A stretch of DNA of 35,276 bases. Source: Candidatus Micrarchaeia archaeon (GTDB lineage Archaea > Micrarchaeota > Micrarchaeia > Burarchaeales > JAVZCV01). This document shows positions 9,967 to 19,247 of the stretch, in pieces. Numbering within the stretch: the stretch's first letter is position 1; each line of letters opens with the position of its first letter. Location of the stretch: positions 1-35,276 of the forward strand of contig JAVZCV010000012.1 in the NCBI GenBank assembly GCA_038874215.1, read 5' to 3'. The notes beneath the pieces were generated by a model, which was given only the letters and a program-made list of their open reading frames with translations, was not told where the DNA came from and searched no databases. The translations under genes were made by a program, and so were the position numbers.

Positions 9967-10943
9967 TGAAGAGGCCAGTTGTTCTAGGCATTGAATCTAC
10001 TGCGCATACTATGGGTATAGGCATAGTACGGGAAGGGAAAATAGTTGCAAATGAAAGATGTGCTTACAAGCCCAAAAAGGAAGGCATAATGCCGCGCAAG
10101 GCAGCAGAACATATCTCCAATTCGCTCGGCAAAGTCCTCTTCACGGCCCTCAATAGAGCCAATACATCGCTCTATGAGGTTGATGCAGTCGCATTTTCGC
10201 AGGGTCCTGGGATAGGTGCGCCTTTAAAAATTGGTTGTGTTGCTGCGCGCATGCTCTCGCTCATAGCAAAAAAACCGCTCGTTGGCGTGAACCACTGCGT
10301 TGCGCATGTTGAAATAGCAAAAGACTATGCGAGCTTCAAAGATCCGCTTGCGGTTTATGCGAGCGGCGGCAATACGCAGATAATCGTTAGAATAGGCAAT
10401 CGCTACCATGTTTTGGGCGAGACGCTTGATATAGGAGTAGGCAATCTTCTAGATACAGTCGCAAGGGCGATGGGGGCAGTCTTACCGAGCGGGCGTTTCA
10501 TAGAGGAGCTGGCAAAAAATGGTTCATACATAGAAATGCCATATGTAGTGAAGGGCATGGATTTCTCATTTTCAGGCTTGCTAACCGATGCAGTAAAAAA
10601 GCTTGGGAAATACGAAAAAGAGGATATCGCATTCTCTCTTCAGGAGCATGCATTTTCAATGATAACCGAAGCGGCAGAACGTGCGCTGCATCTTACTGGT
10701 AAAAAAGAAGTAGTTGCTTGCGGCGGAGTTGCTCAGAATGCACGCTTCCAAGAGATGCTTCTGAAAATGTGCGAAGAAAACAATGTTTTTTTTAGTGCAC
10801 CACCCCCAGAACTTACAGGTGATAACGGAGCGATGATTGCGTACACTGGCGCATCAATGTTCTCAAAAGGCATCACAACACCTTTCCGCAAGGCAGTTGC
10901 AATCCAGAAATACCGCATAGATGAAGTGGTGCTATGGTACTGA
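9963..10943 (+). CDS. kae1: KEOPS t6A synthase Kae1
   Basis: LGIESTAH, FSQGPG, VNHCVAH, SGGNTQ, GETLDIGVGN, DNGAMIA. Confidence 0.96.
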   Translation: MMKRPVVLGIESTAHTMGIGIVREGKIVANERCAYKPKKEGIMPRKAAEHISNSLGKVLFTALNRANTSLYEVDAVAFSQGPGIGAPLKIGCVAARMLSLIAKKPLVGVNHCVAHVEIAKDYASFKDPLAVYASGGNTQIIVRIGNRYHVLGETLDIGVGNLLDTVARAMGAVLPSGRFIEELAKNGSYIEMPYVVKGMDFSFSGLLTDAVKKLGKYEKEDIAFSLQEHAFSMITEAAERALHLTGKKEVVACGGVAQNARFQEMLLKMCEENNVFFSAPPPELTGDNGAMIAYTGASMFSKGITTPFRKAVAIQKYRIDEVVLWY

Positions 10944-11533
10944 ATATGCGTATATTTGCAAAAGGAGCCGAAGCTGTTCTCTACAAAGGCAAACTTTTCG
11001 GGATACCCATTCTCGTAAAAAGCCGCCTTGAGAAAAGGTACAGAATACCACAGATAGATGAAAATTTGCGGAAGCATAGAACTCGTAAAGAGGCCATCCT
11101 TCTCCATAGGGCAAAGGCTTGCGGTGTCCGCTGTCCATATGTTTTCTATGTCGGGAAGTTTGACATAGTGATGGAATTCTTGAAAGGTCGTCTCATGCGA
11201 GATAGCCGTATAACTCCTTCCATAACGAGAGAGGTTGGCGAATATCTCGCAAAACTACACAGAGGCGGAATAATTCACGGTGATTATACCCCAGCAAACA
11301 TTCTTGTTGGAAAAGAAATAGCAGTTATAGATTTCGGTCTCGGTTCATTCTCCACAGATATAGAAGATAGGGCGACCGATGTGCTTCTCATGAAAAAATC
11401 AATACCTGAGAATATGTTTAGGGCTTTTCTAGACGGCTACTCTATAAATGCAGATATACAACTAATTCTTAGGCAAGTTGAAGAAATAGAGAAAAGAGGT
11501 AGGTATGTAGTGAGAAAAATGGCAGAAGGTTAG
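10934..11533 (+). CDS. bud32: KEOPS kinase/ATPase Bud32
   Basis: KGAEA, KRYR...RTRKEA, HGDYTPAN, IDFGL, EKRGRY; directly after kae1. Confidence 0.94.
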   Translation: MVLNMRIFAKGAEAVLYKGKLFGIPILVKSRLEKRYRIPQIDENLRKHRTRKEAILLHRAKACGVRCPYVFYVGKFDIVMEFLKGRLMRDSRITPSITREVGEYLAKLHRGGIIHGDYTPANILVGKEIAVIDFGLGSFSTDIEDRATDVLLMKKSIPENMFRAFLDGYSINADIQLILRQVEEIEKRGRYVVRKMAEG

Positions 11534-11643
11534 AGCTCACCCACACGCCTCTTCAGCTTCCTCTTCATTCTTTTCCTCCTCTTTTTCTTCCATTTCCAGC
11601 GCATTCTTCCTTTCTTTTTCCATTTTCTTGGAATAGCACCCAT
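11530..11643 (-). CDS. rpl41e: Ribosomal protein L41e (eL41/eS32), 37 aa, not in the ORF track
   Basis: Manual translation MGAIPRKWKKKGRMRWKWKKKRRKRMKRKLKRRVGEL; PRKWKKKGRMRWKW matches the archaeal L41e pattern. Confidence 0.85.
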   Translation of the reverse strand: MGAIPRKWKKKGRMRWKWKKKRRKRMKRKLKRRVGEL

Positions 11644-11688
11644 GGTAGCAAATTTAAAAAGGCAACAATATAAAGTTTTGGTGCTTCT

Positions 11689-12732
11689 ATGGACACAGAA
11701 AAGAAATTAGAACTGGTTATGAAAAAGCCCACAGAAGAAGTCCTTACACCAGAAGAGCTTCGCAATCTTTTTGAAACGAACAGCAGACCAAAGCACTATA
11801 TAGGCTTTGAAATAAGCGGCATGGTTCATCTCGGTACAGGCTTGGCGTGCTCAATGAAAATAAAGGATTTCTTGGAGGCGGGAATAGAAACCAACATTCT
11901 GCTCGCAGATTACCACACGATGCTGAATAAGAAACTTGGGGGGGACATCAAAAAAATACGAAAAGTCGCTCTCGGGTACTTCAAGCATGCTTTCGTCTCA
12001 CTTGGGTTGGATGAGGAAAAAGTGAGGTATGTTCTTGCGAGCGATATATACGATGATGATTACTGGCAAACCGTTATAGATGTCGCTCGCAACACCACTC
12101 TGAAAAGAATGCTTAGATGCATAACGATAATGGGCAGAAGCGAGGATAGTGCTGATGCCGCATCCATCCTATATCCAGCGATGCAGGCTGCAGACATATA
12201 CAAACTAAATGTGGATATAGTCCATTCAGGAATGGACCAGAGGAAAGTGCACGTCCTTGCACGCGAACTTTCAGAAAAGCTCAATAAGAAGAAGCCTATT
12301 GCAGTCCATGGGCACCTGCTCATGGGTCTTCAAGGACCAAAAAAGATGGGTGTGGAATTTAGCGATAAGATGAGCAAAAGCAAACCCGAAACGTGCATAT
12401 TCATACACGATAGCGAAAGCGAAATAGCTGAAAAACTAAAGCGCGCTTACTGCCCAGAAAGGCAGACTAATGAAAATCCCGTGATAGACCTTTGCGAATG
12501 GATACTCATGCGTGAAGGTGGCCTTCTCGTTGAAAGACCACAAAAATACGGCGGGGACATAGAGTTCGGCAGCTTCGCCGAACTAAAAAAAGCATACACA
12601 AACGGCGAGCTGCACCCTGCCGACTTGAAAAATGCCGTTGCAAAGAGACTTTCCGATGTGCTGAGACCATGCAGGGAGTACTTCAACAAAAACAAGCATC
12701 TTCTTGATATGATTAGCAATCCTAATTCATGA
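11689..12732 (+). CDS. tyrS: Tyrosine--tRNA ligase
   Basis: YIGFEISGMVHLG (HIGH-like), YPAMQAAD, GMDQRKVH, KMSKS, LHPADLK. Confidence 0.96.
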   Translation: MDTEKKLELVMKKPTEEVLTPEELRNLFETNSRPKHYIGFEISGMVHLGTGLACSMKIKDFLEAGIETNILLADYHTMLNKKLGGDIKKIRKVALGYFKHAFVSLGLDEEKVRYVLASDIYDDDYWQTVIDVARNTTLKRMLRCITIMGRSEDSADAASILYPAMQAADIYKLNVDIVHSGMDQRKVHVLARELSEKLNKKKPIAVHGHLLMGLQGPKKMGVEFSDKMSKSKPETCIFIHDSESEIAEKLKRAYCPERQTNENPVIDLCEWILMREGGLLVERPQKYGGDIEFGSFAELKKAYTNGELHPADLKNAVAKRLSDVLRPCREYFNKNKHLLDMISNPNS

Positions 12733-13189
12733 GAAAATTTGTAGTGTAGTTGGCAATCTTCATTGCCATGCTCTCATACTTCTCCTCTGTTTTCCTACAC
12801 TTCACTTTCTGCACATAATCCCTAATTATACGAAAAGACGCGATCAGATCTTCAAGAGTATATTCCCCGTGTTCTATTCTTGCATATAACTCATGGAATA
12901 CAGATATTCCTAAAAATTTAAGATTTCCGTTTGCATCGTTATTCTTAAGCCTGTTTATCTCCTTCCTTATCATGCAAGCTATGGTATGGAGATCGTTTTC
13001 TGAAAGCCCTAATACAAAGGGTTGTTGAAAATACGGGTTACCGCAACGGGGGCACATATCCTCATCAATTCCTACGCTCGCGCTGCACATCAGGCAATAT
13101 TTTCTATAACCCGAGAACAAACCACAACGCCCACAGTAGTACTCCCAGCTCCTTACAGCGCCCATGCAGAGAGGACATTTCTTGACCAT
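12722..13189 (-). CDS. Double zinc-ribbon domain hypothetical protein
   Basis: Four CxxC pairs (CPLC, CGRC, CLMC, CPRC) followed by a helical C-terminal part; purine-rich SD-like sequence upstream. Confidence 0.6.
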   Translation of the reverse strand: MVKKCPLCMGAVRSWEYYCGRCGLFSGYRKYCLMCSASVGIDEDMCPRCGNPYFQQPFVLGLSENDLHTIACMIRKEINRLKNNDANGNLKFLGISVFHELYARIEHGEYTLEDLIASFRIIRDYVQKVKCRKTEEKYESMAMKIANYTTNFLMN

Positions 13190-13350
13190 CCTCTCCCCCT
13201 AATAATATTGTAGATTTTGTTGTATAAATATCTACCCTCTTTATGTTACCTGAATCCGAATTCGTCAAATACCGAACATCTATCCTAATTCTACCTGCTT
13301 GGCCCGATTTGGCATAGAGATACCTTAAAAAGTTTTTCACAAATAGATAT

Positions 13351-13713
13351 ATGCAAAAAATATTTGTTGACACCAATTTCCTAATGTCTATTCTCAAATA
13401 TAAAATAGACATTTTTTCCGAGCTTGATAGGCTTGTTGGCGGAAAATATACTCTTGTGGTATCGCGCGGGGTTTTGCGCGAAATTGAAAATCTGGGCAAA
13501 GGAAAAGGAAAGAGTGGGGCTGCAGCAAGGCTTGCAACCTCTCTAATAAATAGGAAATGTATCGTAGAGGAACATGATGGGGATGTGGATGCGTGGTTGT
13601 GCGGAGTGACGGGAATAGTATGCACAAACGACAAAGAACTCTGCAAAAAGTTGCGCGCGAATGGAAAACGGATTATCGTAGTCCGTGGAAAAAGTAAGCT
13701 GGAATTCTACTAA
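13351..13713 (+). CDS. PIN-domain ribonuclease (Fcf1/Utp24-like)
   Basis: VDTNFLM, VLREIE, DVD, VCTNDKEL; position upstream of rpo7 matches the conserved archaeal cluster. Confidence 0.88.
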   Translation: MQKIFVDTNFLMSILKYKIDIFSELDRLVGGKYTLVVSRGVLREIENLGKGKGKSGAAARLATSLINRKCIVEEHDGDVDAWLCGVTGIVCTNDKELCKKLRANGKRIIVVRGKSKLEFY

Positions 13714-13725
13714 CTGGGTGAAGCT

Positions 13726-15726
13726 ATGAACTACTATCTGGCTTTCTCTTTTGGTGCGAGCCTCATTGCCCTGCTAGTAGCTTTTCTTCTTGCATATATA
13801 GTAATACGAAAGGAGCAGGGAACAGAGAAGATGGTTGAATTAGCGCATTCAATAGAAGAAGGCGCATTCGCATATTCAAAGCGACAATATACCATAATAG
13901 CCATTTTTGCTATCATATTGGCAGCAGTTCTATATCTCTCATTGCCGAACGGCGGGACAATCGCCTTTGGTTTTCTCCTCGGTGCTTTCTTCTCTGCTCT
14001 TGCTGGCTTCATCGGGATGCTCGTTGCTGTTAAGGCGAACGTGCGCACGGCCAATGCCGCACGCGAGAGCTTCAGCAATGCGCTTACCACTGCTTTTCAG
14101 GGCGGTGCAGTCACAGGAATGGCAGTAGTGGGATTGGGACTACTCGGTGTATCCCTCATTTATTACATAACTGGCGAGCCTAAGCTTATTGCAGGCTTTG
14201 GATTCGGCGCGAGCTTAATAAGCCTTTTCGTCCGTGTTGGTGGAGGCATTTATACAAAAGCGGCTGATGTTGGCGCAGACCTTGTAGGAAAAATAGAAAC
14301 AGGAATTCCCGAGGATGACCCAAGGAACCCTGCTGTTATAGCGGACAATGTCGGCGATAACGTAGGCGACTGTGCGGGCATGGGCGCAGACATTTTTGAA
14401 TCTTATGCGGTTACACTGATCGCAGCGATGATACTTGGATTCTCAATATATCATGGCAACACAAGCTATGTTATCCTGCCTCTCTTAATATGCAGTGCAG
14501 GCATTCTCTCCGCGATACTTGGTCTATTGGCTGTAAGGACGAAAAAGGAAAACCCAATGGATGCCATAAACAAGGGGACGGTAGCCACCACCCTGCTTTC
14601 AATAATCCTCTCCTTTGCAGTTATAAAAGCGCTCGGTTTAGGTATCAATCTTTTCGTGGCAGTTTCATGCGGAGTCATCATAAATCTCCTTCTTGGTTTA
14701 ATTACTGAATACTTCACTTCATATACGCACAGACCCGTTCAGGAAATAGCACGAGCTTCGCAGACAGGAGCAACCACAAACATAATAACAGGTTTAACCG
14801 TCGGTTTGGAAAGCACAATTCTCCCCGTTTTGGTCATATGTGTTGCGATAGCGGTTTCATACTTAAGTGCGGGCATTTATGGAATTGCGCTTGCCGCAAC
14901 GGGTATGCTCTCAACGATAGGCATGACTCTTGCTATAGACGCATATGGCCCTATAGCAGATAACGCTGGGGGAATAATATCAATGTCTAAAATAAAAGGC
15001 GATGCGCGAAAGATAACAGATAGGCTTGATTCTGCGGGCAACATCACGAAAGCAACAACGAAAGGAATAGCGATAGGCTCAGCAGCCCTATCCGCGCTTG
15101 CGATATTCGTTGCATACAGGGAAGAGATAAATCTGATGGGTGCTTCAATAACGCTTGACATCTCCCAACCTTCAGTTACGATTGGGCTTTTGATAGGTGG
15201 TGCGCTACCCTTCCTCTTCTGTGCCTTTTGCATGCAAGCTGTCGGAAATGCGGCTTCAGACATGGTAAACGAGGTTCGGAGGCAGTTTAGAGAAGCTGGC
15301 ATTTTGGAGGGCAAAGGGGAGCCCGATTACGAGAGGTGTGTTGCCATAAGTACGGCAGCGGCCCAGCGCGAATTGGTGCGCCCAGCCCTTCTTGCCGTTC
15401 TCTCCCCAACAGTTGTTGGATATCTATTAGGCCCTGCAGCCCTTGGCGGAATGCTCGCAGGCAGTATCACTACGGGCTTTTTGCTTGCACTCATGATGAC
15501 AAATACGGGAGCGGCATGGGACAACGCAAAGAAATACATAGAGGACGGAAACTATGGCGGAAAAGGGACAGAGACCCACGCCGCAGCAGTAGTTGGTGAT
15601 ACTATAGGAGATCCCTACAAGGACACTGCAGGGCCATCAATAAATGCGCTTATAAAAGTTATAAGCATGGTTGCCCTATTGTTTGCTTCCTCAATAGTTG
15701 CATATGCACTTAAATTAGTTCCGTAG
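13726..15726 (+). CDS. hppA: Membrane-bound ion-translocating pyrophosphatase, probably K+-independent H+-PPase
   Basis: GGGIYTKAADVGADLVGKIE, EDDPRNP, DNVGDNVGD, DAYGPIADNAGG, GNITKA, WDNAKKYIE, GDTIGDPYKDTAGP. Confidence 0.96.
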   Translation: MNYYLAFSFGASLIALLVAFLLAYIVIRKEQGTEKMVELAHSIEEGAFAYSKRQYTIIAIFAIILAAVLYLSLPNGGTIAFGFLLGAFFSALAGFIGMLVAVKANVRTANAARESFSNALTTAFQGGAVTGMAVVGLGLLGVSLIYYITGEPKLIAGFGFGASLISLFVRVGGGIYTKAADVGADLVGKIETGIPEDDPRNPAVIADNVGDNVGDCAGMGADIFESYAVTLIAAMILGFSIYHGNTSYVILPLLICSAGILSAILGLLAVRTKKENPMDAINKGTVATTLLSIILSFAVIKALGLGINLFVAVSCGVIINLLLGLITEYFTSYTHRPVQEIARASQTGATTNIITGLTVGLESTILPVLVICVAIAVSYLSAGIYGIALAATGMLSTIGMTLAIDAYGPIADNAGGIISMSKIKGDARKITDRLDSAGNITKATTKGIAIGSAALSALAIFVAYREEINLMGASITLDISQPSVTIGLLIGGALPFLFCAFCMQAVGNAASDMVNEVRRQFREAGILEGKGEPDYERCVAISTAAAQRELVRPALLAVLSPTVVGYLLGPAALGGMLAGSITTGFLLALMMTNTGAAWDNAKKYIEDGNYGGKGTETHAAAVVGDTIGDPYKDTAGPSINALIKVISMVALLFASSIVAYALKLVP

Positions 15727-15752
15727 AAAATAAAACCCAAGGTGGTGATTGC

Positions 15753-16346
15753 TTGTATAGGGTTGCGACCATTAAAGATCTCGTGCGCGTACCCCCAAAC
15801 TTTTTTGCGATGGATATAAAAGAAGCAATAAAACAGCTTTTAAGGGAGAAATACGAGAGAAAAATAGACCGTGATCTTGGCGTAATTCTCTCCATAGACA
15901 ATGTGCGGGATATAAGCATAGGTAAAGTGATAGCAGGAGACGGCGCTTCTTACCATTGGGTAACTTTTGACGCTCTTGTTTTTATGCCTGAGGTAAATGA
16001 AATAGTTGAGGGCGAGATAACGGAAGTTGTTGAATTCGGCGTTTTCATGAGAATGGGACCGCTTGAGGGACTCATCCATCTATCACAGATAACCAACGAT
16101 TTCTTATCATACGATAAGAAGATACCTGCCTTCATAGGAAAGGAAAGCAACAGAATAATACGAAAGGGCGATACCGTAATTGCGAAAATCTCCACTGTAA
16201 GCCTGAAATCAAGCATTCCAGAGACGAAAATCGGTTTGACGATGAGGCCCGAGGGGCTTGGCAAGCACGATTGGATTGCTGAGCAAAAAGAACAAAAGCC
16301 TAAAGAAAAAAAATCTGGTAAAAAGGCAGAAGAGGTGAAAGAATGA
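15753..16346 (+). CDS. rpo7: RNA polymerase subunit Rpo7 (RpoE')
   Basis: VRVPP, GDGASY, S1 domain VEFGVF..GLIHLSQI, GLTMRPEGLG; TTG start after GGTGGTGA. Confidence 0.95.
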   Translation: MYRVATIKDLVRVPPNFFAMDIKEAIKQLLREKYERKIDRDLGVILSIDNVRDISIGKVIAGDGASYHWVTFDALVFMPEVNEIVEGEITEVVEFGVFMRMGPLEGLIHLSQITNDFLSYDKKIPAFIGKESNRIIRKGDTVIAKISTVSLKSSIPETKIGLTMRPEGLGKHDWIAEQKEQKPKEKKSGKKAEEVKE

Positions 16347-16531
16347 CTGCAAAGGCGTGCAAAAAATGCCACCTAATAGTAATGGGCAACGAATGTCCTG
16401 CATGTGGCAGCGGTTCAAAGCTCAGTGAGAAATGGAGCGGCTACGTTTTCATAATAGACCCTGAGAAATCTGAGCTAGCCAAAAAAATAGGCGCTACTGC
16501 TCCTGGAAAATATGCAATTAAAGTCAAATGA
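16343..16531 (+). CDS. spt4: Transcription elongation factor Spt4 (RpoE'')
   Basis: KACKKC...CPACG, WSGYVFIIDPEKS, PGKYAIKV. Confidence 0.95.
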   Translation: MTAKACKKCHLIVMGNECPACGSGSKLSEKWSGYVFIIDPEKSELAKKIGATAPGKYAIKVK

Positions 16532-16546
16532 AAAAGGAGGGAGAAC

Positions 16547-19204
16547 ATGGCAAAGCGAATATATCTCTTTGAAGAAGGTTCTGCAAAAATGCGAGATCTA
16601 CTCGGTGGGAAAGGCGCAAACCTCTGTGAGATGACACGCATTGGCCTGCCCGTGCCATACGGTTTCGTTATAACTACCGAAATGTGCAAGGAATACTCTA
16701 AAACGGGCAAACTACCCAAAGGCCTGATGGACGATGTAAAAAAGGCGATGCAAAAGCTTGAGAAGAAATCGGGCAAGAAATTTGGGGACCCGAAAAACCC
16801 GCTACTCGTTTCTGTTCGCTCTGGAGCTGCAGTTTCAATGCCGGGCATGATGGACACCGTTCTAAACTTGGGCTTGAACGATGAGACGCTACGCGGTCTC
16901 GCTGAAAAAACGCAGAACGAGCGATATGCGTACGACTGCTACAGACGTTTCATAAACATGTTTGGCGATGTGGTTATGGGCGTTGAGCACAATCTATTTG
17001 AGAAAGAGCTTCAAGCCGTGAAAGATAAGAAGAAAGTAAAGCTTGATACAGAACTTAACGCCGAAGATCTGAAAGAAGTTGTAGAGAGATACAAAAAAGT
17101 TGTTAAGGAGCATGCGGGCAGAGACTTTCCGACAGACCCTTATGAGCAGCTCCGCATGGCTATAGAGGCAGTTTTCCGCTCATGGGACAACCCACGGGCA
17201 AAAACATACAGGAAAATAAACAAGATACCCGAGGACCTCGGCACCGCTGTAAACATCCAGATGATGGTTTTCGGCAACATGGGCGACGATTCTGGAACTG
17301 GCGTAGGTTTTACACGAGACCCCTCAACAGGGGAAAACAAACTCTATGGTGAATACCTGATGAACGCTCAGGGAGAGGATGTTGTTGCGGGTATAAGAAC
17401 CCCAAAGCCCCTCTCTGAAATGAAGCAGGAAGCCCCAAAAATATACGCCGAAATAGAGAAGGTGGCAAAAACACTTGAGAAGCACTACAAGGATATGCAG
17501 GACTTTGAGTTTACTATAGAGAAGGGAAAGCTATACATGCTACAAACGAGAACGGGCAAGAGAACTGCGCAGGCGGCGGTCAGGATTGCAGTTGAGATGG
17601 TAAAAGAGAAGCTAATAACGAAGGAAGAAGCTGTAATGCGCGTAGACCCAGCACAAATAGACAAGCTTCTCCACAGGCAAATAGACCCGAAGGCAAAAGT
17701 GAATGTTATAGCAAAGGGTCTGCCTGCTTCTCCGGGCGCTGCGGCAGGACATGTTGTTTTTGATGCGGACCTTGCAGAGGAAAAGGGCAAAAGTGGCGAG
17801 AAGGTTATACTCGTGAGGCCCGAGACGACACCCGAAGACATACACGGAATAGTGGCGGCGCAGGGCGTTCTCACATCAAGGGGAGGAATGACATCGCACG
17901 CAGCGGTCGTGGCACGAGGTATGGGCAAACCATGCGTTGCTGGCTGCGACGCGCTTATAATTGATTTGGATGCAAAGGAATTCCGCGTTAAAGATACAGT
18001 CGTAAAGGAATGGGACTACATAACAATAGACGGTGGAACTGGAAACGTGATACTCGGTGAAGTGCCAACAGTAGAGCCAACGCTAAGCCCTGAGTTCAAA
18101 ACCCTGCTAAGCTGGGCAGACAATATAAGGAGGCTTGGAGTGAGAGCGAATGCGGATACACCAGAGGATGCAGCGCGTGCTTTTGAATTTGGGGCAGAGG
18201 GAGTGGGCCTTTGCAGAACAGAGCACATGTTTATGGCACAGGACCGTCTTCCCGCAGTTCAGGAGATGATAATGGCAAGCAGTGAGGAGGAGATGAAGAA
18301 AGCACTTGACAAGATACTTCCGATGCAGCGCTCAGACTTCATAGGCATATTCAAAGCCATGAAGGGCCATCCAGTGACTATACGCCTCATTGACCCGCCG
18401 CTTCACGAGTTCCTTCCAAACAAAGAAGAACTTCTCGTTGAGATAGAGGTTGCGAAGGCAAAGGGAGAAAAAGTTCCAGAAGAAAAACTGAAAGTATTCA
18501 AGAAAGTCCAGCAACTCTTTGAGTTCAACCCAATGCTTGGTCTCAGAGGTTGCAGGCTAATAATAGTAAACCCATTGATAACGGATATGCAAGTCAGGGC
18601 GATATTTGAGGCAGCTGTGGAAGTGAAGAAGCAGGGCGTTGATGTAAAGCCTGAGGTCATGATACCGCTCGTAGGGCACGTTAACGAGATAAAGGTGGTC
18701 CGCGAGAGAATAGAGAAAATAGCAGAGGAGATAATCAAAGCATCAGGAGTAAAACTTGACTACAAGATAGGCACTATGATAGAGCTCCCACGGGCTGCAC
18801 TCACAGCCGGCGAGATAGCGAAATATGCAGAGTTCTTCTCATTCGGAACCAACGACCTGACGCAGACGACATTCGGTTTCAGTAGAGACGATGCAGAGGG
18901 AAAGTTCCTTGCGCTATATGTTGAGAAGAAAATACTGCCAGAAAACCCATTCGTTGCTCTTGACAGGGAAGGCGTTGGCAGGCTGATGCGCATGGGCGTA
19001 GAAGAAGGAAGGAAAACACGCAAGAACCTTAAAGTAGGTATATGTGGTGAGCACGGCGGTGAGCCGAGCTCTGTTGAATTCTGCCACATGATAGGGCTTG
19101 ACTATGTCAGCTGCTCACCGTTCCGCGTCCCGATAGCGCGTCTTGCAGCAGCACAGGCAGCACTCAGGGAAAAAGTCAGGCAATCCTTCAAAGATCAACT
19201 CTGA
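16547..19204 (+). CDS. ppdK: Pyruvate, phosphate dikinase
   Basis: LLGGKGANL, SVRSGA..SMPGMMDT, catalytic GGMTSHAAVVAR, GLCRTEHMF, FSFGTNDLTQ, GICGEHGG; strong AGGAGGG SD. Confidence 0.97.
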   Translation: MAKRIYLFEEGSAKMRDLLGGKGANLCEMTRIGLPVPYGFVITTEMCKEYSKTGKLPKGLMDDVKKAMQKLEKKSGKKFGDPKNPLLVSVRSGAAVSMPGMMDTVLNLGLNDETLRGLAEKTQNERYAYDCYRRFINMFGDVVMGVEHNLFEKELQAVKDKKKVKLDTELNAEDLKEVVERYKKVVKEHAGRDFPTDPYEQLRMAIEAVFRSWDNPRAKTYRKINKIPEDLGTAVNIQMMVFGNMGDDSGTGVGFTRDPSTGENKLYGEYLMNAQGEDVVAGIRTPKPLSEMKQEAPKIYAEIEKVAKTLEKHYKDMQDFEFTIEKGKLYMLQTRTGKRTAQAAVRIAVEMVKEKLITKEEAVMRVDPAQIDKLLHRQIDPKAKVNVIAKGLPASPGAAAGHVVFDADLAEEKGKSGEKVILVRPETTPEDIHGIVAAQGVLTSRGGMTSHAAVVARGMGKPCVAGCDALIIDLDAKEFRVKDTVVKEWDYITIDGGTGNVILGEVPTVEPTLSPEFKTLLSWADNIRRLGVRANADTPEDAARAFEFGAEGVGLCRTEHMFMAQDRLPAVQEMIMASSEEEMKKALDKILPMQRSDFIGIFKAMKGHPVTIRLIDPPLHEFLPNKEELLVEIEVAKAKGEKVPEEKLKVFKKVQQLFEFNPMLGLRGCRLIIVNPLITDMQVRAIFEAAVEVKKQGVDVKPEVMIPLVGHVNEIKVVRERIEKIAEEIIKASGVKLDYKIGTMIELPRAALTAGEIAKYAEFFSFGTNDLTQTTFGFSRDDAEGKFLALYVEKKILPENPFVALDREGVGRLMRMGVEEGRKTRKNLKVGICGEHGGEPSSVEFCHMIGLDYVSCSPFRVPIARLAAAQAALREKVRQSFKDQL

Positions 19205-19230
19205 GCTTGCAGAAATTGGCAGAGGGAATA

Positions 19231-19247
19231 AGGGGGCAAAGCCCCCT
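19231..19247. terminator. GC-rich hairpin between the convergent ppdK and trmB genes
   Basis: AGGGGGC-AAA-GCCCCCT (7-bp stem, 3-nt loop) immediately before the trmB stop codon. Confidence 0.45.

Noticed and set aside
11565-11765. 66-aa minus-strand ORF and low-complexity CT-rich tract
   Set aside because: Explained by rpl41e in another frame and by antisense overlap with tyrS.
13104-13646. 180-aa minus-strand ORF
   Set aside because: Antisense to the PIN gene and out of frame with the zinc-ribbon gene; no recognisable motif.
16441-19089. Numerous antisense ORFs within ppdK and other long genes
   Set aside because: Codon-bias shadows of well-supported genes, without motifs or SD support.
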